This document shows, one piece after another, positions 48,246 through 57,767 of a DNA stretch of 64,000 bases; within the stretch, counting starts at the first letter, position 1; each line of letters starts with the position of its first letter. The position numbers and the translations under genes are program-made. The stretch is from a virus, in the IMG/VR virus record IMGVR_UViG_3300046321_000098, positions 18,012 through 82,011 of that record. One strand, given 5' to 3'. The notes beneath the pieces are model-generated. The model saw only the letters and a program-made list of their open reading frames with translations. It did no database searches and was not told the DNA's origin.

Positions 48246-48620
48246 ATGAAATATTTATTATTGACTTTAGTATGCACTTTAGCCCTTACAGCTTGCGGGG
48301 ATTGTGTGGATAATGCGCCTGAAGCCTTGACTCTCGAAGGGGTTACGCCCGTAGAATTACCCGTATTGTCACCCGTGCCGCCTACGGTAATAGGTTCTAC
48401 TGTAGTTCCCGCTACTGTAACTCCTGAACCTGAACCCGTTCAAGTGTGCCCAGAATCTAACACATGTTCACCAAGTCCAGCACCTCTACCACCTAATCGT
48501 GTCCCCTCTGTAGTCACCCCTAGCCCTGAACCCGTGTGCATTAGAGATAGTAGCCCTTTAGTTGATATGGGCAATTACTTAATTGACAATTGCGGCAATA
48601 AGTACGGAAAAACTAACTAG
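48246..48620 (+). CDS. Pro-rich lipoprotein
   Basis: LALTAC lipobox; P/V/T-rich linker. Confidence 0.65.
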   Translation: MKYLLLTLVCTLALTACGDCVDNAPEALTLEGVTPVELPVLSPVPPTVIGSTVVPATVTPEPEPVQVCPESNTCSPSPAPLPPNRVPSVVTPSPEPVCIRDSSPLVDMGNYLIDNCGNKYGKTN

Positions 48621-48691
48621 ATAGCTTTTATAGCGTTTTATTTGATAGAATGCTATAGAGGTTAATTTTGACCTATTAGGGACTATTTATT

Positions 48692-49060
48692 ATGGAATAC
48701 TTGAATCATTCGGACTATTTGAAGCTATCCAAGGCAAAGCAAAAAGAACATGATAGATTGTACTCTGAAGCATGTTTAAAGGATATTAAATCTGGCACTA
48801 CCATTTATACAATGGTTAAGCATGTTTCAAGCTCTGGAATGAGTCGAGACATTGCACTTTATTATGTCAGCGAGGAGCGTATTTGTGATATTAGTTATCA
48901 TGTGGCACATGTGTTAGGTAATCAAAGGGCTAAAAACGGCGGGGTGAAGATTTCAGGTTGCGGAATGGATATGGGTTTTTCATTGGTGTATGATTTAAGC
49001 TGTACTCTGTTTCAAGGACAGGATAGAGCGGGTTATATTCTCAAGCACGAATGGTTATAA
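48692..49060 (+). CDS. Conserved phage hypothetical protein
   Basis: HVSSSGMSR, GCGMDMGF. Confidence 0.65.
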   Translation: MEYLNHSDYLKLSKAKQKEHDRLYSEACLKDIKSGTTIYTMVKHVSSSGMSRDIALYYVSEERICDISYHVAHVLGNQRAKNGGVKISGCGMDMGFSLVYDLSCTLFQGQDRAGYILKHEWL

Positions 49061-49096
49061 TTAACTATTGCAATTTGTTGCAAGTAGGGGTATAAT

Positions 49097-49465
49097 ATGA
49101 TTAAAGAAAATATTGAAATAGATTGGCTGGATAAAATCAATGGGTTAACTGTAGCTAATGCAATTGATTACCTGAGAACATTGAATCAGTCTCATAGCTT
49201 AACAGCTTACCCAGATGGCGATGACTTACACGGTGTTGATCAATACAGTGGTTTGTACTACGAACGTGAAGAGACAGACGAAGAACTTAAAGCGGGCAGA
49301 ATACAAAAGATTGAGGCTAAAATAAGGGATTGTGAGTATAATATTAGATACAGGCAAAAAGAAATTGCTGCGGGGTATAATATCGCACATCATACAATAA
49401 GCCTTGACAAGTCTATCAGTAACCTTGAAACCTTAAAAGGTGAATTACTGAAATTAGGTGTATAA
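49097..49465 (+). CDS. Hypothetical protein
   Basis: EREETDEE motif. Confidence 0.55.
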   Translation: MIKENIEIDWLDKINGLTVANAIDYLRTLNQSHSLTAYPDGDDLHGVDQYSGLYYEREETDEELKAGRIQKIEAKIRDCEYNIRYRQKEIAAGYNIAHHTISLDKSISNLETLKGELLKLGV

Positions 49466-49466
49466 T

Positions 49467-49681
49467 ATGAACATTAAAAAAATTGATTTACCAGCATATT
49501 GGGCTATCGCACTGGTTAACAACACTTCAAGCATTGTGGTGAACGTGAAGACTTAGAGGCGCGTGACTGGCTAGAAGCTAACCCTAATGCGGTTATGCAT
49601 TGTTGCAGTGATGAATCATATATAGGGCGTTATAATGGCGTTATGTGTGATATGCTAACCTATAGCTATACAGAGGGGTAA
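49467..49681 (+). pseudogene. Small phage protein split by a 1-nt deletion near 49523
   Basis: LPAYWAIALVNN then ...W...CCSDESY..RYNG..CD..Y in a shifted frame; span 215 nt. Confidence 0.55.
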
Positions 49682-49685
49682 TGAT

Positions 49686-49899
49686 ATGACTAAGCTAGAA
49701 CGCTTGAATAAGGGAGTAAGTGCTGTATTCAAGCATGATAACGGATCAAGGTGTATTGTGCAACATATATATATATGGTACTGTATGCACTTACTCGGTG
49801 ACAATATATGCTAAGGGTAAGCGACTACCTTACTACGGTACACAAAGAAGCCATGCAAGTGATGCAATCAAGTATGTTAACGGGTTGGGGTTTGAGTGA
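49686..49899 (+). pseudogene. Small ORF out of frame at an (AT)6 tract
   Basis: (AT)6 at 49765-49776; (AT)4 or (AT)7 would join the two halves. Confidence 0.45.
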
Positions 49900-50024
49900 T
49901 GTAATAAGGGGTGCAGTATAATGCATATAGTATGCTAGGTAGGTGCAGAATGCTACACATTAGAGCGACCTCTCTAATTACCCCTCTCAAAAACAAACTC
50001 CCTTATGCTATCATTATTAATAAC

Positions 50025-50045
50025 TTATCCACATAGTTATCCACA
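50025..50045 (+). promoter_or_regulatory. Two tandem perfect DnaA boxes
   Basis: TTATCCACA-TAG-TTATCCACA. Confidence 0.7.
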
Positions 50046-50399
50046 GTCATAAAGCATAGCATCAATCATAAATTATCGTTGCATATCATAGGGTTACAGC
50101 CCTTAGATATTTTAAAATCGTTATGAATTAGAGGACAGGGGGCGGAGGTTCTCATCAAGCACCACTTCCATACATCATCCCCAATTAATGAAACAATCAT
50201 AGTATTGAATCAATTCAGCATTCTTACTACAGCCTAAACAATCTTATTACAGCCCTACCTATATAATAACCCATCTCAAAGGACAGCTAGGAAGGCTTTA
50301 ACAGCCCTACAGCGTGTTTAAAAGACCTAGGCATATCAGTGCCTAATAAAGCATTATAAAGCGTCCCAGAGGGTTTTAATCCTTACAAGGTAAACAAAG

Positions 50400-51215
50400 C
50401 TCCTCGTCTCTACCGAGACTCGTCGCCACACTCGCTCACCGCCTATCGTCGGTTCGCTCATGCCCAAGGTTTAGTTGTCCTTGTCCCAGATATATTCCCC
50501 AGATGGAATAAAACCCCAAGGTCTTAAACAAGCCTTGTAAAATTTTAAAAAAGGTAGAATCTGTAAAACACGTCTGGTGTTGAGTGAACATCATGTATTG
50601 ATACAACCTCAAGGCTTGTCAGTAGATAAAGGATGGTAGAGGTTCATGCTTCGCATGAGATTAGACACAACCTGTCCTACGGACATCTTTTACACATTAC
50701 TATATAGATATTTTTATAACAAAAAGATTCTTTATAACACATATTAAAATAGTGTTTTCTATACAAAAGATAGTAAAATATATTTTCTTTAGGTGTGTTA
50801 CAACTTCGTGCATAGCACGAGGCATTGATAAATCTTCGATGTTTCACATCGAGTCTTGACTCAACCCAGCTCTACGAGCTATTTTGCACCAACTCAAGGT
50901 TGAATACAAGGAGATTAAATTTGTAGTTTCTTTCATTCTTTTGGTTGGGAGAAGGAGAAATTTGTAGTTAGGAGAGAGAATACCTTAACAAACATTAAGG
51001 ATTAGTTTTCTCTACTTAGGTGCGAACGGATCGTGTCTACGCCACATCTTTATTACACTTGTTAGTAAGTACTAACATTTAGTTACACCTTAGATGGTGC
51101 GGTGAGCATCCATCTATTGATACATCCTTGAGTCTTTTCTAGGTCTTACCAGTGAGGTTTATCTGTATTCTTTTCTCTTTAGGGAAGAGTGCTCTAAGTC
51201 CTTGATTTAAAACAC
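50400..51215. other. Candidate replication origin (hairpin cluster, AT-rich stretch, IHF-like site)
   Basis: No long ORF; several short perfect inverted repeats; AT-rich 50695-50790; next to a helicase-like gene. Confidence 0.5.
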
Positions 51216-51264
51216 TATTTCACCTAAACATTTTGCACGGTTGCAAAATCTTTTGAGATTAACC

Positions 51265-52473
51265 CTACCCTAACCACTCCACAAATAGTTCCTTCATCCT
51301 CTTGCTCAAGAACGTAACATTCATAGGTTTACCATCTCTAATACAACCACGGAATAGCCACTGTATAGCCTGATTCAGTGCAAAGGCTTCTTCGTCAACA
51401 TCATAACCATAGCTATTCAAATAAGATTTAACTGTCACATTGTTAAAAATATTAAACGCATGAATAGCATAAGTCTTGTGAGCAAGCTCATTTGTAGCCC
51501 TCATATTACACGCAATCATGTTGTCGAAAGGAACATTCCTAGTCTTGATTTTAGAGAAGCTGCCCAATGGGATTGTAAAGAATATTTCTGATTTTGGAAC
51601 CTTCTGTGAAGTGTGTAAGGAGTTAATCAACTTTCTCACATCATCAGGGTTTACCCCATTAGACCTTACATTATTAGATTCCCACCAAGACGATGACAAG
51701 TTAAACCTTGTTTGCTTCTCTAGGAACTTCTTCACAGAAGGTGGTTCAACAAATTCTATCAACCCTTTTACTTTCTGTTTGTTTTCAGAATTAGATACCC
51801 TAAGCGGAATAACCAACGGCTTATGACTTATTTTGTGCAACTCAAGAAATGCTTGCATTATCGAGCCACTGAAGTTATACGTCAATAGAATAAACCTGTC
51901 AGCATTGAGCACTAAATCTGGAGACAGGTAAGTGACCAGCATGTTATTCGAGTTCTTTTCACCGTACAGACAACCTCTATCACATAGTCGTTTAATATCC
52001 CCATAGCGAGCTTCATCAGACATCTCTGTTTTCAAGAACGACATCCTCCCTAGGTTTTCAACATCCTTACTCAACATCTTTTCAGAGTAGAGGAAGTCAA
52101 TGTCCTGTTTACTGATCTTAAAAGCGTCTATAAGGTTAAGTTCTTCATCACAAATAATTTGATACTCTTGCAACTTTATTAAATCAATGTGTTCTTGCTT
52201 GAAGTGCAAGGTCAGAGCGTGGGTACAGGCGATGTTATACCCTTCCCTCAAGAACTCAAGAATCTGAGGTGCGAGTCTACCATCATCATCCTTAGCTGTA
52301 TAGAACACCATATCAACTCTATCTGATTCAAGTGCAACTCGCACATCTATTTCTTGCTTCATGGGGCTAAGGTACAGGTAGGGTTTACCTTGATTCTTTG
52401 CCATGTAGTCAAAGATACCGTGAGTCTTACCACTGCCGCATAAGGCATCTACTATTTCTATTTGTTTAGTCAT
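51265..52473 (-). CDS. SF2 helicase-like / origin-binding protein
   Basis: Walker A DALCGSGKT, Walker B IICDEE, QWLFRGCIRDG. Confidence 0.7.
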   Translation of the reverse strand: MTKQIEIVDALCGSGKTHGIFDYMAKNQGKPYLYLSPMKQEIDVRVALESDRVDMVFYTAKDDDGRLAPQILEFLREGYNIACTHALTLHFKQEHIDLIKLQEYQIICDEELNLIDAFKISKQDIDFLYSEKMLSKDVENLGRMSFLKTEMSDEARYGDIKRLCDRGCLYGEKNSNNMLVTYLSPDLVLNADRFILLTYNFSGSIMQAFLELHKISHKPLVIPLRVSNSENKQKVKGLIEFVEPPSVKKFLEKQTRFNLSSSWWESNNVRSNGVNPDDVRKLINSLHTSQKVPKSEIFFTIPLGSFSKIKTRNVPFDNMIACNMRATNELAHKTYAIHAFNIFNNVTVKSYLNSYGYDVDEEAFALNQAIQWLFRGCIRDGKPMNVTFLSKRMKELFVEWLG

Positions 52474-53201
52474 CCCTTCTCCATAATTCGTTCTTCAATC
52501 CTATTCTTAGCAACCTCAAAGTATTTATCATCCTTTTCAATACCGATAAAGTTTCTGTTTGTGTTGACACAGGCTATACCTGTTGTCCCTGAACCCATAC
52601 AATTATCTAGCACTGTGTCACCTTCATTTGTATAAGTCCTGATAAGATACTCCAGTAGTGCAACAGGTTTTTGCGTAGGATGTAAAGACTCTGTTTGTTT
52701 GTCGGACTGGAATTTCAAAACACTTCTAGGATACCTCTCAGTGCTACCACCTCCAGAGATGATAGAGGTCTTACCGTATATTTCCCCATCTCCATTACGT
52801 TTTGTATAGGTGTTAACTGGAGTTTGTCCTGTTAATTTTTGAGGGTTATAAGTTGGCAGCTTTCTATAAAACACTAGAATGTTTTCATGTGCCTTCATTG
52901 GTATTTTCTTAGCATTCAGGTGACCCGTTGCCGTGGTCTTTTCCCACACCCATTCATAGCGGAGTAATGGAAGATTGCTTGAACCAAGTACCTTGTCAAA
53001 GGGTGTTTGAGCATGAAGGACAATAGCAGCGTTTTCTTTTGCGACTCTAAGGTACTGCTCCCAAAGCGACTCAAGGGGAAGAGGGGTATCCCATTTACAA
53101 TTGGTAGTACCATACAGTAAGTCACACAGAACCAAATCCACACTCCCATCGGGAATACTCTTCATAAGTTCCAAACAATCACCGTGTTTTAAATCAATCA
53201 T
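52470..53201 (-). CDS. N6A/N4C DNA methyltransferase (beta class), catalytic motif reads DLLY
   Basis: GDCLELM, CDLLYG, HPTQKP, VLDNCMGSGTTG. Confidence 0.88.
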   Translation of the reverse strand: MIDLKHGDCLELMKSIPDGSVDLVLCDLLYGTTNCKWDTPLPLESLWEQYLRVAKENAAIVLHAQTPFDKVLGSSNLPLLRYEWVWEKTTATGHLNAKKIPMKAHENILVFYRKLPTYNPQKLTGQTPVNTYTKRNGDGEIYGKTSIISGGGSTERYPRSVLKFQSDKQTESLHPTQKPVALLEYLIRTYTNEGDTVLDNCMGSGTTGIACVNTNRNFIGIEKDDKYFEVAKNRIEERIMEKG

Positions 53202-53451
53202 GTTTTTCCTCCATAACTAAATCAATTCCTGTTCTAACGCACTCACAATCCACAGGTACAAAGACCTTGATTGTAAATCCATCCCCTCCACCTCGAATAC
53301 TAGCATTATCAAGTATCCAATCAAGTCTATCTCTGTCTCTTTGAAGTTCTTCTAATAGGTCAGCAGCTTCTGAGAATGTGCTAGAAGCCTCATCAGCGTG
53401 TCCTGCGTGAGCTTGTCGCAGTTCTTTTATCAGTTCAGGTGCATCAGTCAT
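53194..53451 (-). CDS. Hypothetical protein
   Basis: Start MTDAPE; DRDRLDW. Confidence 0.55.
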   Translation of the reverse strand: MTDAPELIKELRQAHAGHADEASSTFSEAADLLEELQRDRDRLDWILDNASIRGGGDGFTIKVFVPVDCECVRTGIDLVMEEKHD

Positions 53452-53455
53452 TCTG

Positions 53456-53605
53456 TTATCTCCCCATCCACATAATATCAATTGCTACCTCACGGACGAC
53501 ATCACCAGTAACCTTATCCTCAAACTTGCGAAGTAAAGATAGCTCAAGCTCTAAATCCTTGATATACTGGGTTGTGCCTATTGGTAAGACTTCAAAATCT
53601 TGCAT
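53456..53605 (-). CDS. Small hypothetical protein (49 aa)
   Basis: AAAAGGAG RBS; translated by hand. Confidence 0.55.
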   Translation of the reverse strand: MQDFEVLPIGTTQYIKDLELELSLLRKFEDKVTGDVVREVAIDIMWMGR

Positions 53606-53695
53606 ATCTAACTCCTTTTTGTTTAACATTCCTGAATTATAATCTAAATTCTATTAATTACATTTGTTTTTATGTAGTAATTTGTAAAATAAACG

Positions 53696-53728
53696 TAAAA
53701 ATACCCCAAAGGCTTTCACCAGTGGGGT
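53696..53728 (-). terminator. Terminator after the ClpP-like gene
   Basis: ACCCCA...TGGGGT-ATTTT on the minus strand. Confidence 0.7.
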
Positions 53729-53733
53729 GGGGT

Positions 53734-54474
53734 TTATTTCTTCGTAACTTTCTTAGCTTTTGTTGACTTAACCGCTAACTTTTCAACTTTAGCAATATCA
53801 GCTTGGATTTTCTTTTGTTGAACTTCTTGGTACTTTGCTCTAGCTTCAAGGCGTTGAATAATCTCATCCGAGTCAAAGTAGAAGTCCCTCCCAATTTTAA
53901 GCTCTTTAATCTCTTGTTCACTAAGGAAACCCTCATACAGTTCACTTGTCAGCTTATCTAGCATTTTCTCAGAGTAACGAGCCATTGAGAATATCTCACC
54001 CTCTTTACCTCCAAACTCAAAGCTGCACGAATGCAACATCATGCTACTGTTCTTAGTAACAACTACTTGTGGAGCTTGTAAGAATATCATCGCTGCGGCT
54101 GATGCAAGCAACCCTGCACCAATGACTACTACATTACCTTCACAATCTTGAATAGCTTGGATAATTCGTTGAGCAGCATCTAGTCTGCCTCCTGAACTGT
54201 CAACATAAATAGCCATCTCATCGTCTTTACTCATGTGCCCCATGCAGTGAAACAAGTCCCTGTAGTAAGCTGGTGCTTGAATATTTGAATCAAGGTGGTA
54301 TTCGTAGTCATTACAGCAGATTCGGCGGTGGTAAATACCTGACCGTGAAACCCTCATATTATCCTCAAAGTCGTCTAACTCATCACCGCCTTCTTCGTCT
54401 GCTCTAGTCTTGCGTTTACCGCCTAGGTTGAAAGTAGGCTTGGTTGGATTCTTGCTGTGGTTTTTATATTGCAT
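53734..54474 (-). CDS. ClpP-like serine protease
   Basis: DSSGG, ASAAAMIF, MMLH. Confidence 0.82.
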   Translation of the reverse strand: MQYKNHSKNPTKPTFNLGGKRKTRADEEGGDELDDFEDNMRVSRSGIYHRRICCNDYEYHLDSNIQAPAYYRDLFHCMGHMSKDDEMAIYVDSSGGRLDAAQRIIQAIQDCEGNVVVIGAGLLASAAAMIFLQAPQVVVTKNSSMMLHSCSFEFGGKEGEIFSMARYSEKMLDKLTSELYEGFLSEQEIKELKIGRDFYFDSDEIIQRLEARAKYQEVQQKKIQADIAKVEKLAVKSTKAKKVTKK

Positions 54475-54490
54475 TTATTTGTTTCCCCTT

Positions 54491-55240
54491 CTAGTTACTG
54501 TACGCCTTGATTACAACCTTAACAAATTCACTACGCTGTACGTCTTCTACATCAAACTGATGATAAGCACAGTTAGGATATTTCGCTACCATATCACCAT
54601 CGTAGTCCTTAAAGAACCGAGGTATCAAATCCCTGAGAGCATTACGTCCCTTGGAGTTCGCATACATCTGTGAATTGTCACCACAGACTACAACCTTAGA
54701 GTCCAATCCTACACGCTCAAGAAGGAGTTTAAGAATCAGTGGAGACATTTGTTGTGCTTCATCAATAAGAAGCAAGGTATTGTCCAAGGTAGCTCCAAGC
54801 ATGAAGTTAGGAATCTTAAAGTGAATCCTATGATTCAAATCAGTCTCAACCTTACCTTTAGTCAATAACTGCTCTAGAAGATTCTTTGTACTCTCAAAAT
54901 GAGGCTCAAGCTTAGAGTTCAGATCAGAAGGTAAAAACCCTACATCATCCAGTCCAGCTTGCACAGGTGTACGTACAATCATAATCTGCTTTGTACTATC
55001 TGCAATGTACTCTTTTACAAAACTATACAGGACACTAAGGGACTTTCCTGTTCCAGCGGGAGCTTCACACACTACCAAGTCATTCTCAATAATCTTATTT
55101 CTAAGGGTATTCTGTGATTCTGTTAGTGTAAAATTATGAATCCCGTAAGCTTCTTGCCACTGTTGTTTAGGTATTGACTTGACTCCGCGAGTAAAAGACT
55201 CTTCTTTGTCTTTACGTGCAAACTTTGATTTTTGTTTCAT
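54491..55240 (-). CDS. phoH: PhoH-family ATPase
   Basis: APAGTGKS, VGFLP, IDEAQQ, VVCGDNSQ, DVQRS. Confidence 0.92.
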   Translation of the reverse strand: MKQKSKFARKDKEESFTRGVKSIPKQQWQEAYGIHNFTLTESQNTLRNKIIENDLVVCEAPAGTGKSLSVLYSFVKEYIADSTKQIMIVRTPVQAGLDDVGFLPSDLNSKLEPHFESTKNLLEQLLTKGKVETDLNHRIHFKIPNFMLGATLDNTLLLIDEAQQMSPLILKLLLERVGLDSKVVVCGDNSQMYANSKGRNALRDLIPRFFKDYDGDMVAKYPNCAYHQFDVEDVQRSEFVKVVIKAYSN

Positions 55241-55261
55241 ATTCCCTTTCAGATTTAAAAA

Positions 55262-55740
55262 TAAAAAAGCCCATAGAATACTACAGGCTCAATGCAACCA
55301 AGGGAAGGTTGCTAACTGGATTAGCAGCAAGAACTACTAATCTGCTTTCTAATAAAGAAGCAAGGTGCTGCCCTCAGACTTAACAGCATGTTAGACTAAG
55401 CCACTCAGGAAGGAATCTTTCACTTCCCTTCCATATTTGCTCCAACTTTGCTCACGATGGAGCTGGTCTACCGCACCCCGCAGCCACATTCAAAACACCG
55501 ACTGTTAATCTGCCGATACTAGGGCGGAAAAAGAAAGACCCCGAGAGCACAGTTCAATTTGCTATCGAGGCCTAGGCAGTCTGTTAGAAACTACGACACC
55601 ATTTTTTTAAAATGGTTGAAAGCAACACCAACCGCGCTAACGATTGGTGCAACTGGAGGTTAAAGTGGGTCTACCGAACCAGATCGACGCACTCTACCTT
55701 TAATTAGGGTTTGTCAAGTATATAATTCCCTAACTTTGGG
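55262..55740 (-). ncRNA. Long structured leader/ncRNA upstream of phoH, ending in a terminator
   Basis: About nine hairpins; G-U pairs favour the minus strand; AGCCTGTAG-TATT-CTATGGGCT-TTTTT. Confidence 0.55.
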
Positions 55741-55759
55741 TTCTCAAATCCCCTGTTAT

Positions 55760-56035
55760 TTACTTCTGCCTCTTTCGTCCGTCTACTTTTTCCACTTTTA
55801 CAGGTGTTTCGACAGCTTCTGTAACCGAAGTAGGTACAGCCTCTGCTGCTGAATCAGCTTGAGCAGGAAACATTGTAAGCAAGTGCAGACTACCCAGTAC
55901 CTGCGGAGAACCGAGGTTAGTATTCAAATCCAATTTATAACCATCATGCACAGCTTGTACAACTAATGGGAGCATTTCTATAAGGGACATTGTGGCGATA
56001 CTTAACGTACCATCCTGATTGACTGTTATTGCCAT
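55760..56035 (-). CDS. Hypothetical protein
   Basis: Downstream of a strong promoter; AAGGT RBS. Confidence 0.6.
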   Translation of the reverse strand: MAITVNQDGTLSIATMSLIEMLPLVVQAVHDGYKLDLNTNLGSPQVLGSLHLLTMFPAQADSAAEAVPTSVTEAVETPVKVEKVDGRKRQK

Positions 56036-56068
56036 TTAAGACCTTTCTTATTTGTTTACGAAAACTCT

Positions 56069-56096
56069 ATTATAGCATAATATTTTGGATTGTCAA
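56069..56096 (-). promoter_or_regulatory. Sigma70-like promoter
   Basis: TTGACA-16-TATAAT with TG extension. Confidence 0.75.
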
Positions 56097-56315
56097 GTCT
56101 AAAGTGCCCCTAGGAAATTATAAAAACGAAGGGGTAAATCCACATTTAGAACACCATAGACTAAAGCTAAAAGAAAATGCCCAAGCCAGTTGCTAGCCCT
56201 GAACAAGATGGGTAACAATTATTTATGTCATTTTTCAGTTTAATATTAAAACGAAAAAAACCAAATCATGTTAAAAATATAATAGGGACTAGGAAAAATA
56301 GATGCTGGTAAATAT

Positions 56316-56645
56316 TCATACTTCCACCTCGTAGATACGAGGCGCAGCGTCTAGCCATTGTTTGAAAAACGAATAGGCTTCTACATCTAACTGAAGTACT
56401 TTTCCCTCTGAGTCCCAAACGCGCAGTTTGTTGTTAGCAGTAACCCATGTGCGGGTGTGTACTTTCTTTGTCTCAGGTTTGATCTTAAAAGAATCAGGGT
56501 GAGCTATAACAGTAGTCATTAACGCTTTCAGAGTACCGTCCATGCCAGAATAGCAACCACTAAAGTGGTGCACTGTCGGTTGTAAGGTTTTACCATCGAG
56601 GTAAGCCTTAATCAACTCCACGATTTTATCATTTTTGTTTTGCAT
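56316..56645 (-). CDS. Hypothetical protein
   Basis: AAGGAG RBS. Confidence 0.6.
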   Translation of the reverse strand: MQNKNDKIVELIKAYLDGKTLQPTVHHFSGCYSGMDGTLKALMTTVIAHPDSFKIKPETKKVHTRTWVTANNKLRVWDSEGKVLQLDVEAYSFFKQWLDAAPRIYEVEV

Positions 56646-56809
56646 TATTTAGCTCCTTTACGTTTAACTTGCACAGCGTACAACCACTTGCTGCCAAGCT
56701 GCTGAACTGATTTAACCCACTCAGATTGGTTTCTTTGATTCAACTCCTCTGATGCGTAAGGGCTGTTAAAGATTACCTTAGCGCGTTCTTTTAGTTTTTG
56801 CTCTGTCAT
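56645..56809 (-). CDS. Small conserved phage protein (54 aa)
   Basis: Translated by hand: WVKSVQQLGSKWL; AAAAGGAG RBS. Confidence 0.6.
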   Translation of the reverse strand: MTEQKLKERAKVIFNSPYASEELNQRNQSEWVKSVQQLGSKWLYAVQVKRKGAK

Positions 56810-56872
56810 ATTGTTACTCCTTTTTGTTTAGATGCTTGTATTATACCAGAAAAAGCAGCTATTACTGCGTTG

Positions 56873-57058
56873 TTACAAAGATTTACTTGTCCCTTTGACT
56901 CTAAAATTCTCACAATGCTCAACTTTAATATAATCCATCAAATCAGGAATACTGAGCCGATTTGACACCAGCGCCCAAGAACCATCTGAAAGTCTAACTT
57001 CAAGGTCTTGACCACTGCAGACAGCTTTGAGTAGTTTCCTAAGTTCTAAGTCCTTCAT
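56873..57058 (-). CDS. Hypothetical protein
   Basis: Resembles the 56316 ORF. Confidence 0.5.
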   Translation of the reverse strand: MKDLELRKLLKAVCSGQDLEVRLSDGSWALVSNRLSIPDLMDYIKVEHCENFRVKGTSKSL

Positions 57059-57059
57059 A

Positions 57060-57512
57060 TTAAACTCTATAAAGTAGTTTACCTAGGAACAACTTAGCCT
57101 TATTCCACCAAGCTAACTCTAAAGACTCATCAGGTTGTGATTGAGGTATTGTCACAAGGTCATCCTTATCGAACCTGATTTCAATATCCATTGGGGCATA
57201 ACTCTCGTAAACTTCGGGAAACCCGCCGCGCTCGGCAATAGTAACGGCTACGTGTTGATCACCTGCTGAAGTAGTATTTTCAAGTTCAACTGATTCCTCG
57301 TAAATCTCGTACCAAAACTCAGAACCATCAGATTCCTCTGGTGTGGTATCCCATGTAAAATTATCAGCAATAACATTGTAAATAGTTGTGTCAATGTGTC
57401 TTGAATAGCGTGTACTCCGTTCCGCAATAAGTGCAGCCAAAAGGTCGGGGCAATTCAAAGTAAGCAAGTGCTCGTAGATTGCTTGTTTTTGTTTAATAGT
57501 TAATTTTTTCAT
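57060..57512 (-). CDS. Hypothetical protein
   Basis: AAGGAG RBS; FTWDTTPE...FW. Confidence 0.6.
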   Translation of the reverse strand: MKKLTIKQKQAIYEHLLTLNCPDLLAALIAERSTRYSRHIDTTIYNVIADNFTWDTTPEESDGSEFWYEIYEESVELENTTSAGDQHVAVTIAERGGFPEVYESYAPMDIEIRFDKDDLVTIPQSQPDESLELAWWNKAKLFLGKLLYRV

Positions 57513-57575
57513 GTTTATTTCTCCTTTGTCGTTGATGATGGTATTGTACACTAGATTTCTATACTGTGCTGGACT

Positions 57576-57767
57576 TTACAAATTATTACGTACTGCTTCA
57601 ACCAGTGTTTCAACACCTGCCTTACAAATACGACATGAAACGATATGGTGCTCTAACAGGTGTTTATTTATTAACAGATAATCCTTAGCATACTTAATCT
57701 CTAACTCAATCTCATTAATTGCATCTTTTAACCCCATCAAGTAGTATTTCTTTTGTTCTGGTGTCAT
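57576..57767 (-). CDS. Hypothetical protein
   Basis: Coupled ORF. Confidence 0.5.
   Translation of the reverse strand: MTPEQKKYYLMGLKDAINEIELEIKYAKDYLLINKHLLEHHIVSCRICKAGVETLVEAVRNNL

Noticed and set aside
55691-55717. Dedicated promoter for the phoH leader RNA (TTGACA...TAGAGT, minus strand)
   Set aside because: The spacer is only 15 nt; the 56069-56096 promoter is a better source.
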